DNA from: Mytilus californianus
Taxonomy: Eukaryota
Reading direction: 5' to 3'
Length of the DNA stretch: 64,000 nt
Assembly (NCBI RefSeq): GCF_021869535.1
Contig: NW_026262745.1
Location: 77,252,001-77,316,000, forward strand
Under the pieces are notes generated by a model. The model was not told the origin of the DNA. It did not search any database and saw only the letters and a program-made list of their open reading frames with translations. Below are positions 12,251 to 23,900 of the stretch, piece after piece (the first letter of the stretch is position 1; every line of letters starts with the position of its first letter). The position numbers and the translations under genes were made by a program.

Positions 12251-15200
12251 TGTGTATGTGTACTATTGCTAAGTATGATGATCTGTATGAGTCTGTAGTT
12301 GATGTTCTTGCCTGGTGAGTATAGGCCAAATCTCATACAATATAATTCAATTCCTACTCCCATGAGTTATGTTACATCTAGTACAAAATATAAAAAACTT
12401 GTGAGAACAAAACTTGAATAACAATATGTAAAATGCATGAAACAAAAGAAAAAGGATGCACATGTACATAGATTGAACGAATAGTTTGGATGGAATGGAG
12501 GAATGCGTATTCACATGTATAACTTTTGATGAATGATACAACTTTCATCTACATATTAATTAAAAACAAATGTTAAAGACAACCGTGTCAAATCATCTCT
12601 ATTTTTAGTTATGATTGATTGATTGTTTGATCGCTGAAATTGTCAAGATCTGTCAATAAATTTATAAATATAGTAAGCACACACGTTAATCAGCAGGTCA
12701 ATTTGCTATACGTGTTATTTAAAGTTCGCTTGTCTACAATAAGATTAACAAATTGAATGAGATATCTCCTTAAACATGTTAAAGGACTAGTGTGCCTGGA
12801 GGTTGATTTTTTTCTATTTTATAGGAGCATGAAATGCACCATGAAACTTTCCTAAGCGAGGTAAAACAACCGTTTTTACTTTTATCATTTTCACGCATGA
12901 GTAATTATTTTTACTTTAGAACATATTCACTCATTCTCGTCCAATGGAAAATCAGCATTTTCCTTTCTATTTTTCATAGTACATGGCTTTCCAAGCCCTA
13001 GAAAATGCTATACATGAATGACTTCTCATTGTAGACTAATTATGAAAGTGGACTCTTGAAAACTTAACTAACGAAGTGTACAATCCCCCAAGGCAATTTC
13101 ATAAGAAACGAAATCAGGAGAATAGAACTATAAATTTAACAGCATTTTTAGTTGAGATTTTACCATTGTAAATGTTATTTAATGGTACATATATAGAACC
13201 ACCCCTCCCCCTATAAAAGAATTGAAAAGCGGACAAAGGTGTGGGTAAAATACATGTAGTATTTAATCTAATATTTATACGAGACCTTAAAATCAATGTT
13301 TTAAGAAACAATGACTGTTGACACTGTTGATAAAAAATCAAAGAAAGTTTAAAAAAATATACATACATCAATAAAAAAAGCAAGCATCTGATGTTAAAAC
13401 GATTGTAAATCAAAATTCATCGATGATGATTTATATAAAGTTGTGTGCTTTTTAAAATGAAGGATTTCTAGATATATAGATTAAATTGTACCTGTAGCAG
13501 AAGAAATATCCATTTTTGAATAATTTGTCCTTTTTTGTTTTCACAAAACTATCTCATTGCTCTTTCATTTCATCTGTTGAAATGACCATAAAATTAATTT
13601 ACATCCCTTTTACTAACCATGTTAAAATTCAAAGTGAGCTAATATCAAAATTTGATTATTACAATGTGAGGCTAATTTTGTTTTGTCACTCGAAGGTGTG
13701 CATATGTTCTAAATTGGTCAGACAATACTTGGTCATGTTTAAAGAACATTTAAAACCCTCGGCTACGCCTTGGGCTTTAAATATTAATAAAACATGACCA
13801 AGTATTATCTTACCTATAAATTAGAGCTTGTATTGTAAATTCAAAACGTGTACATCTGTCACATGCAAGATTAGCGATCAAGGTAAGTATTCACGTGTAA
13901 CTAACAGGACTGAGGATAATTTGCAAATTCTTGACAAGGTGTGTACATGTTTATGTAGATTAATCTAACCATGTATTGCTATTGCAATAAATGGAAAGGA
14001 CGCCATAGTCTTCATGCTCTGTAAGTTGTTGTAGTGGTTGTCTAATTGAAACAAATTTATCCATGTAACAAACAGAAAATATGGGAATCACATGAACTCC
14101 AAAAGGAGCGAGATCGCAACTGCCACGAAATAATCAAGGATCAGTACCCGATTCTAACTCGCGTGATTCTGTCATGACCGACATTTTGAGCTTTAAACAC
14201 GTGGATACATCAGACATTAGACAAAGATCCATTAAGAAGGAATGGATTAATATGCAGTGGATCTGACTCATAAAATAAAGAAAATAAAGCATGTACCCTA
14301 ATTGTTTGAACAAGCAAATCAATTTTTATATCAATGTATTCAGTCTTGATCTAGTAGACAGTCGTTGTATCATAGAAGCAAACCATCATAGTTCAGATGA
14401 CTTTTGCTTATGACATAGAAATAATGTCCTCATTATATACATTTCCGGTGGTCTAGTTGACAATAGTTATAGTGGTCATAGGTAAACTTGTTAAGAGTAA
14501 ATAATGAACGAGAAACAAAATTTGACACAAATCAAACGCCTATAAAATCGAACAGTTTAGTTCAAACTCAGATTAAAAAAAAAGTAAAAAAATCGACATC
14601 TACGTATGGTAGTATTTTTTTTAAATACGACTTCACATAGAATATTAATTGTTTTAAACGCCTTCTGTTCGAATAGCAAAATGAGTTTAAAGAGAAAATC
14701 GGTTTCATACAGGTTGAAATATTTTACACTAGAATATATAGCCCTGCCGATTAGTGAATAAATCGTTCACTTTGTTATATAAGCACCAAAAGGGAGACTC
14801 CTTTGAGTCTACTTAATCGGAAAATTCCTTTAGCCACTTGAAATTTTAAATGGCGGCCATTTTTTTCAAAATGGCCGCCATTCTAGGTAATAATAACTAG
14901 TTTTACTATTAATATTGACATGCATGACCACACTAAACGGTTTTTGTTTAGATATTAAACATGATCATTGTATGTATATCAACATAAATGTACCAAATTG
15001 TATTAAATGGCAAAAAATATCTTTTTGGGTCATTTTATGTGTTTTATTCACGGTTTTTTATTTTACAATGTATTTCCTATTAAACTTGAGAAAAAAGTAG
15101 AATAATAAAAAAAAACGAACTCCTGGAAAAATTCTAAAAAGAAAAGTCAATAAACAACTGGCAAAACCAAAATACTCGAACACATCAAATCACACGTCTC

Positions 15201-15599
15201 TATGGAAGTCAAACTTCATTTAATTAAGTGTGAGCAAAACAAAGACAAAATATGTTAAAGTGGCAATAGTTGGGATAGAGTCGTCAATATAGTCTAATAA
15301 TTACAAAAACTATATGAAAATATAAATAACTAAGACGACAAAGTAAAAAATGTATATAAGCACACTCCTCTGTTAAAGTACAACAGGAAAAGATACCAAA
15401 TACAAGGAAACATATTCATAACACCACCATAACACTAAATGGAGGGATGTGTAAATACCGAGCCACGCTAAAACGTAATCATCAAAATTGAAAAACCAGT
15501 AATATAGTTGTAACATAAAAATTAAACGAAAGAGGGGGCAAAAGAAATTAAACACTGAGGAAAAGGTCCTGTCAATAAATTCAAGCCTTCACAATTGCA

Positions 15600-15930
15600 T
15601 TTACAAGCTGTACAAGGGAGACTCAACAATTGCACCTGCCGCGACATTCAGTTTTGAAGCCACACTTCGTAAGCTGTTGGCAACTCTGCGCAATTGCCGG
15701 AAGTGCTATCAAAAAGATTTCCCACATGTCATCCTGCTTTTCCAACCCAAGTAAGGGCTTTCGGTTTTCATTTGACTTATAGTTGATTGGCACCATATGC
15801 AACCTGCTTAACATGTTGAATAAGAGCTGCTTCTGTTGTGGGAATGAAGTCATATGATCTCTGTTTTCGAGCAAACAATTCCAGTCTTGTTTCATCAATT
15901 CCATCAGTGGTACTAGACCTGTCATACATA
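15600..15930 (-). mobile_element. Academ-like transposase C-terminal fragment with Cys-rich zinc finger
   Basis: YDRSSTTDGIDETRLELFARKQRSY.. and SCQQLTKCGFKTECRGRCNC. Confidence 0.65.
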
Positions 15931-16248
15931 GTGACTAGGTACCTCTCAAGAATTTAATGATATTCTGCGTCAATTGTTGGTGGTTACTGACTGAGTTTTA
16001 TGAATACAGTAGACGCCTCAGGACAAACATTCCATGTTTGCCATGCACTCCTTTTTCTTTTACCAATGGAATGCAGATATGATATCATAGCCAGTGAAAG
16101 GCAGCCAAAAATCAATCAATCTTTTGTCCTAAACATGCATGAATTAATTGCCCCAAATGTTAAGCGAGCAACAATCAGTTATTCCAAATTGTTAATCATT
16201 TTACAGATTGAACACTTACATTCAAATGCATAAATGTAATGCACATTG

Positions 16249-16674
16249 ATCCCAAAGGGTGACTGGAGAATAGAAATATGGTCACTACAGGTTTTCCTAC
16301 GACCAGCAGTAAAATCCTTGCATAAGTGGAACGTCCGTTTGGCTGTGCGGGATGTATCAAGTACGCAGCCACGTCCGGTCAAAATGGGGACGTTAAATCC
16401 GATGCCTCGTGTAGAGAGAGTGCCACGCTCTCTGTACGTTAAGAACCCTCGAAACAACTCTTTGAGGGGCCCGTAGGTGGCCTTTTGCAAGGCAAAATTT
16501 CTGTCCCTATCCAATATACCCTTATTTTCCCGTAGCAATCTAAATTTCTACGACCTTATCCCGGACGGCCTAAATTACAAAACCTACCTATTGTATGCAT
16601 TGCTAATTTGTTCTCGTCCTGAACATGCATGAAATATTTGCCACTGGACGTAAAGCAAGCAACAATCAATCAAT
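16249..16674 (+). mobile_element. SINE (Deu/Nin-domain-like core, (CAAT)n tail), 12-bp TSD
   Basis: TSD TAATGCACATTG at 16237-16248 and 16675-16686; homologous to other copies in the window. Confidence 0.85.
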
Positions 16675-17575
16675 TAATGCACATTGGATACAAATTTTTC
16701 TTTGTACAAATTAAATTTCAATGAACTGAATTGTTTATAAACAAGAACTGTGTGGCCAATCAATAGACATCTCCTCCAAAGACCAACAAACAACACAGCA
16801 CTTAAATTTTAAAGATGAAAATATGATTCTAGCTATGAGTACAATCTAGTTGGCATTTCTGTAATAATATGAAAGTTCCTATTTGTCAAATACAAGTAAT
16901 AATTTTTTGCATTTGTAGATGCTGAAAACTATTTTATACCGGTTTGTCATCTGGAGCTCTACTGTTAAGCCTTAAATCGTTTGCGTCACTAGCAATACGG
17001 GTCAAGCTACGCCGCTGGCTGTCATATGGGTTTCAATTGCACGAGTAGCTTCATGTGTCGATAGGAAAAGGAAAAGCTGGTCTGAAATCCCCATTTATCA
17101 TATTATGTAACGTACTATTGAATACAATTTACTCTCCTGGGATTACTCCGCAGGCAGTGATTTGAAGCAAAATAATAGAATAGATTATTACACGCGTTAG
17201 TAACAAACACAATATAAAAAGTAAAATAAAAAAAAATACTGAACTCCGAGGAAAATTCAAAAAGGAAAGTACCCAATCAAATGGCAAAATAAAAAAAAAA
17301 ACAAACACATCAAACGAATGGATAACAACTGTCATATTCCTGACTTGGTACAGGCATTTTCTTATGTAGAAAATGGTGGATTGAACCTGGTTTTGAAGCT
17401 AGCTAAACCTCTCACTTGTATGACAGTCGCATAAAAGGTTAACTAGTCTGAACATGCTATGCAGAGTGAATTTGCATGCAATTTGTGTTAATTTTTTTTG
17501 ACATTTCCGTTTGACTGTGGGTTGTAAGCTTGAAATGGAAAAATAAATCCAGATGCAACCTAGACAATTTTACAT

Positions 17576-17581
17576 TTTATT
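17576..17581 (-). terminator. Candidate polyadenylation signal AATAAA
   Basis: Minus-strand AATAAA ~170 nt after the stop codon; the region is AT-rich, so support is weak. Confidence 0.35.
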
Positions 17582-17747
17582 CAAAATGAGCAAACAATGT
17601 ATTACAAACTGCTAAAACAAATACCGTGTAAATGAATGAAATTCTTATTATTACAAGTCGTTAATTTTGAATAGAATACAATAAATAAAACATTAGATAT
17701 AAGGTACAGTCACAATGTATTATTATATTTCAGATAAATCCGTGTGA

Positions 17748-17902
17748 TCACATATAAAGAGGATTGTATGTATCAATAGAGCTACCTGGGCCTTTGATAA
17801 ATGAAACTGAACTTTTTATCAGTACTCCTGTCAATATTCCAGATAAAACCAAGCCGACTGATACGAAAACAACACTCAGTACATAGCCTGTGTTGTCAGC
17901 TT
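17748..17902 (-). CDS. Terminal exon: TM helix + cytoplasmic tail ([51 protein letters not shown])
   Basis: ttttag| phase-1 acceptor; ~23-aa hydrophobic stretch with GILTG (GxxxG); NPLY motif; TGA at 17750-17748. Confidence 0.82.
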
Positions 17903-20900
17903 CTAAAATGCAAAAAAAAAAATAACACAAAAAGATATACATAAATAAAGTAATGGTTAACATATTTAACATTGTCAAATCATGTGTGTGTCTGTCCCTA
18001 ATTAGGAGCCTGTATTCAAGTGGCTGTCGTTGGATGCTGTTTGCAATATTTGTTGTTAGTTTACTCTCGTTAGCGTAAATCAGGCCATTGGTTTCCGTTG
18101 TTGAACCGTTTAACATTTTTTTTTATAGTCCTGTAACCGAATACTTATATAGTAATATACATTAGGGACATATTGTTTTCTCTCAGGAACTACGAACTAG
18201 AGTTTCTTCCAATTTTGCAGCAAGCTTCTTGTATTATTGTAACATATAAGTTCATTTTAAACAACCGTTTGATATTTGCATTTAACTGTCTAAATTCAAA
18301 AAGCATTGAACTATTTCTTTTTGGTTACTTGCTAGCAATAATTAAAATTTCAACATTATAATTTGTTGAGAGTAATATTTATGATATTGTAAGCACTTCA
18401 GCTCCTTATTTTTTTTTTATATTAACATTATTTAGACACATAACGGTGAAAACCAATACAGTGTGTTTCTGTTAACAAATATAATGTTTTCGTGTCGTCC
18501 ACAATTTCATACTGCATAAACAGTTTTGTGTTTTGCAGGTGATGCATGCATCAGGTCTTGATCATTATAGAGTTCATGTAATTCCCTCAGTTTGTGTTTG
18601 CTTATCTTGATTTCCATCTTAAATCAATTAAAGGGACATACTTTTGCCTTATTTTATTTTTACCTGTCTCACAATGATCACCAGTATGTGTTAAAGGACA
18701 TGTACATGTGTAATCAAAGAGACCATCTACACAAGTACCTCCATTACGACATGGTAGATCCTCAAATTTGCAGAAATCAATATCTGGAATGTAACACAAA
18801 CTTGTTTGAATATATACTATCACCTGATACAACATATATACTGCAAAGTACAAGTAACGTTATCGTAATTATAAATATGTTTAGGATTTCACAATTACTT
18901 TTCTAAGATGTGCTAAATGGGAATTTTCGAGGGAACCAACTGCTCTTTTCGTTGAGTAGAACCGCTTTACTATAACATTTCATGACATGTATTTGCTTCA
19001 TGAGTTCTTTGACACAGCTTAGCTGCTTTTAAGATACCCTTTAAAACAAATATTTGTAATGAGAAAAAGGCATTATACACTGTTAAGTAATATATTGCCT
19101 ACGTCAACACATATCGGTACCTATCACCAGCTCCTGTTGTTGAGCAACTCCACGGGTTCAGTTGAAAAAAGGAACCTTTCGGATAATCTAATAACCTTCA
19201 ATTGTTAGTGGTTACATTTCGCACACTCCGGTTATTATCCTTTTTAATCCCCATGGTGACTGAGCGATATACATTTGTCACTTGGTCTTCTACCGACCAG
19301 CAGTTATACTCTTTATCAAACTGGGGTATCCGTTTTATTGTGTTTGGTGTATAAATACGCAACCATGTACTGTCAGATTTGAGACGTTAAATCAGATGCT
19401 TTGTGTAGAGAGAGTGCCATTCTCTCTGCACTTTAGAACCCTAGCAACAAATCCTTGATGGGTTCTTATGGGCCTATTGCAAGGCTTGATTTCTATCCCT
19501 ATCCTAATTTTCAAGTGGCAGTCCAAATTTCCATCCTTTATCCCGGTCGCCTCTTATAACAGGACCTATCTATTGTATAGATTGATCATTTGTTCTCGTC
19601 CTGAACATGCAAGACATATTTAACACTGGGCATAAATCAATAAACAATCAATCAATATTGCTGTTTTATTTAATGTTTTCATCAGTCTTTTTTAGCTTTT
19701 CTTGGATTTCATGTCATCTCTTTTCGGATGTCACAATTATATTTCAATTTCAATCTGAATTTAGAATGATAAGTTTTCTCTGTAAACAGAAAATAGTCTT
19801 TTTAATGGTTAAAACATTGCTTTATGAAAATTGTCCAAAAAAATATACAAAACAATACGTAATGATAATCCATTGCTCTATAGACAGACAATAATCGGTC
19901 AAACCAAATATATACACGAAAATACAGCAATCTGAATATTTGCATCATGGAATTTTCAAAGTCGTCATACATTGAATGATTCTCTAAGAAATGTTATCTC
20001 GGTAAGTTCTTTTTTCGTGAATTTCTGTATTTTATATATATGGTTCCTTTTAAAGCTGATTAAATTTAAAAAAAAAAACCAATTGTTTGAAGAGATGTTT
20101 CTTTAATGTTGGTCATACAGTGTGAGCAATTTTCCAATACTTAATCTGAATCAAGAATGATATGTTCGTCGTAACTAAAAGGAGAGCCCTACTTTCTGAG
20201 ACATGTGCCTTATATCCTTACAATACAAATGATACCTTCTTGGAGACACATAAATCGGATGATTGTACTACCAAAAATGTTTTTAGTCGATGCAGAGGAA
20301 AACAAATATAATGAAAAAATATATCTAAGTATTTTTCCTGTAAACGAGCTCATTGACGCCCCCCCACCTTTTTCAACATAAAACCCAATGACAATTTAAA
20401 ATCTCTATAAGCAAGTCGATTAAGATAAAAAAAATAAAGTTTTAACTGATTTGTTGTTTCATGATAAATTAATGAAACAAATAGGATGATGATTGCAATT
20501 GAGTACTAACAGATTAAATAAATGCTAGTGAAGAAACACATGCGATATTCACACAATAAATCAATATATAAAGATATAACAAAACTCGTTCATATTATTA
20601 ATTGTTGAATTGAAAGACTCATAGATTAGACGAAAGTAATACTTCGTTCTTACTATATAATTTTTCTTTAACAATTTAAAACCAAATGTTTACAAAATGG
20701 AAAGGTTCACCTCAGTTATTTGTTATGATATAATTTTTTTTAATCTTCTCAATGTTGTTTTGCCTGTTCATAAGACTGTTTAAATCTGATAAAACAAGTA
20801 TATGCTTTGAACATGTTGAAAAATAAAGATAAGGGATCAAAGTTTACGAGTTAAATTCTTACAAACTGCTAGAGTGTTGGTCTTCAACTTGACCAGTTGA

Positions 20901-23900
20901 AAGTTGAATAAAAAGTCACATGATTTACCAAAATGTTAAGACCCGTCAGACACGTCGTTTAAACGGGGCATTTATGAGGTTTTTTTTTTGAAAACCTTTA
21001 CATGTACTTATGAGATTGAATAAACTAACTTATCAATGATGACACAAACAATGTTCCTAGAGATGATAACAGTCATTGCAAAACAAACAAACTGATTTAA
21101 TCAACACATAACCTGTATAGGAAACTATAATATTGATTGATGATTGTTGGATGCTAAACGTCCAGTGGCAAATATTTCATGCATGTTCAGGACGAGAACA
21201 AATTAACAATAAACACAATAGGTAGATATGGTAATAGAGGTCAACATGGTTGTAGGTCGGGGAAATTTGGACTGCCACGGGAAAATGAGGGTATTTTAGA
21301 TAGGGATAGAATTGTAGCAAGGGTTTTTAACGTGCAGAGAGCGTGACACTCTCTACACGAGGCATCGGATTTAACGTCCCCATTCTGACAGGACGTGGCT
21401 GCGTATTTGATATATCCCACACAGCCAAACGGACGCTCCACTTTTGCAAGGGTTTTACTGCCGGTCGGAAGAAGACCTGTAATGACCATATTTCTATTTC
21501 CCAGTCACCCTTGGGGAGGAAGCTGAAATGGATATATAAATTGAAACAAATGGAATGCATTATTTATTTTGAAATATAATATATAAATAAGAAGATGTGG
21601 TATGAGTGCCAATGAAACAACTCTCCATCAAAGTCACAATGTGTAAAAAGTAAACAATTATAGGTTAAAGTAACCCTGCTTTAAATAGGCATTGGTGAGG
21701 GTATGCACAATCTTCAAAAAAAAAAAAAAATCATTAACGGGTTTTTTTAATAAGCATTAAAAAAAATGAAATACTCATTGCAGATACCAATAATCTCAAT
21801 GATATGTTGCTTCTTTATAATTTGTAGTGTAATATCATAATTTGAAATGTTTTGCAGAAATGAAATATTGCGGATTCGTTTTTGGCCTTTGCTCTTTTGA
21901 CAAAAAATGGTGGCACATATTTATTTTATGTGTTCACAACACCTGTATATTGAATGAACTTCATTAGATATGCTATTACAAAATGGGTGGAAATTAATTC
22001 GAATAATGTAATACAAACCAAAAAGGTAGTGTAAGATCTACCTTGCTTGATAGAGATGCAACCTTTTTAGTATTAGCAAACGTACACTTCTAAACCTTTC
22101 AACTAAAACGTAATGATTCACACTTTAAAGCAAATCTTTACACTATCCAAGTTAGTTTACCTGATTCGCAGTGAAAGCCAGTGTGGGAAACTGGACAGGT
22201 GCAAGTGTAGTTTAACACACCATCAACACATGATCCGTTGTTTTCACATATAACACCATCACAGAAATCGATATCTATAAGGAAATTTACCATAGTAATA
22301 ATAAATAATGAGAAAGGCACACATGCGTTATATGCATATGGTTATGCATAAAAAATAAAAGTTCAAGATAAGGAACAGTCAGTGATATAAGAGTGTCTGG
22401 CTTGACTTTATAGAATAGATATTAATAGGCGAAAAAAACTAAAGAATAGAGAAAAATGGACCAAAAAAATAAGATAAATTAAGAGAACAAAAGTGTGGTT
22501 TAATACTGTAAATTCAGAAATTATTGCAAGATTTTTATTGATGCAAATAGTGCCACTGGGTAAGTATCAAAATAAAAACTCGCATTCTGATATCTGATAC
22601 ATATATTTGTACTCAGCTTTTCATGAAATGTTCATTCTTCCAAAATCGCAATAATACATGCCCGCAATAAGTTCAGAATTTACAAACTAGAGAATATTGA
22701 ACAAAACAATAAAGATCAGAGATAAATTGCATAACAAATTTAGGAAGACAGAAATGAAAGCCCAACATCGAGACCATCATGCAAAGGAATACTTTAGATA
22801 TAATTCATGTTGAAGTCACAATATAATTGAATAAAACTTAGCAGAATTTAAAATACAAAATACTGTATAATATAACTATGTGCTAAGAAGAATGGTTCTA
22901 TGTTAGCTATGATGACATCTATTGCATTCTTATCATGTTCGCCCGGCAATAGAGAGAACGAGGCAATGTTCTGCAGCCACCAACTAATTGGGCCTACTAT
23001 TGCAAATCAACATTTATCAGTTGAATTTCCCGAAAAATATATAAAAGGAATTTCCCTTTAATCACATTTTAACTTCTTTCAAGGAAGTATTTTTTAAGGA
23101 AAGTTTTTCAATATTCTATACTAGTCATTTATCAACACGACGGGTGCCATATGTAGAGCAGGATATGCTTACCCTTCTGGAGCACCTGAGATAAACCCCA
23201 GTTTTTGGTTGGTTTCGTGTTGCTCAGTCTTTGGTTTTCTATATTGTTCTGTGTACTGTTGTTCGTCTGTTTGTCTTTTTCTTTTTTTAAGCTAAGGTGT
23301 TGTCAGTTTGTTTTCAACTTGTAAGTTTGAATGTCCCTTTGGTATCATTGGCCTCTCTTTTATCGCACCTCGGATAAATTACTGACGTTATAATTGGTTT
23401 AACGCCGTCACGTGGTGACCCACTATGGATCCGTATGGGTCAGTCAGTGGTTTTCGTATTGAGTTCCTTACGTCACGTCTATCATAAATGGTGACGATAT
23501 CTTTAAATGTTCGTGTATTTCATTGGTTATTTTAAACAAAACTTGGCAGGAAAAATCCCATGTGTGGTTAAATCATTATACGGTTCACCATCGACTTGCA
23601 TCTAGAAATTGACAATGATGGTCGGTTGAAAACAAAACATTACGACAAAAGAGTTGATTTCAGCTTTTCAATTGTGAACTTTTGATTTCTATGCATCACA
23701 ATTCCAGCAGCCCTTGCATACGGGGTATATATCTCCCAGTTGATACGATATTCCTCATCATTATTTCACTGATATAGAGTTGCTACTCACAAGGAAGCTA
23801 TTACACCAAGAGTTCCAAGTGGTGAAGTTGAAATCGTCCCTTTGTAAATTTTACGGACGCCATCACGAGTTGGTTGACCGTTATGGAGTATCCGTTTCTT

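Noticed and set aside
14060-14280. Moderately GC-rich, coding-looking stretch
   Set aside because: Stops and frameshifts in all frames and no motif I can identify; likely an old transposon remnant.
16179-16538. ORF-track proteins at 16179-16538, 21241-21579 and 27604-27900
   Set aside because: They are translations of SINE copies, not genes.
17100-17180. Alternative last exon (DHCLRSNPRRVNCIQ*) after a CCAG|GT donor
   Set aside because: The would-be acceptor reads ..GCTTCAA, not AG; the read-through tail with NPLY is better supported.
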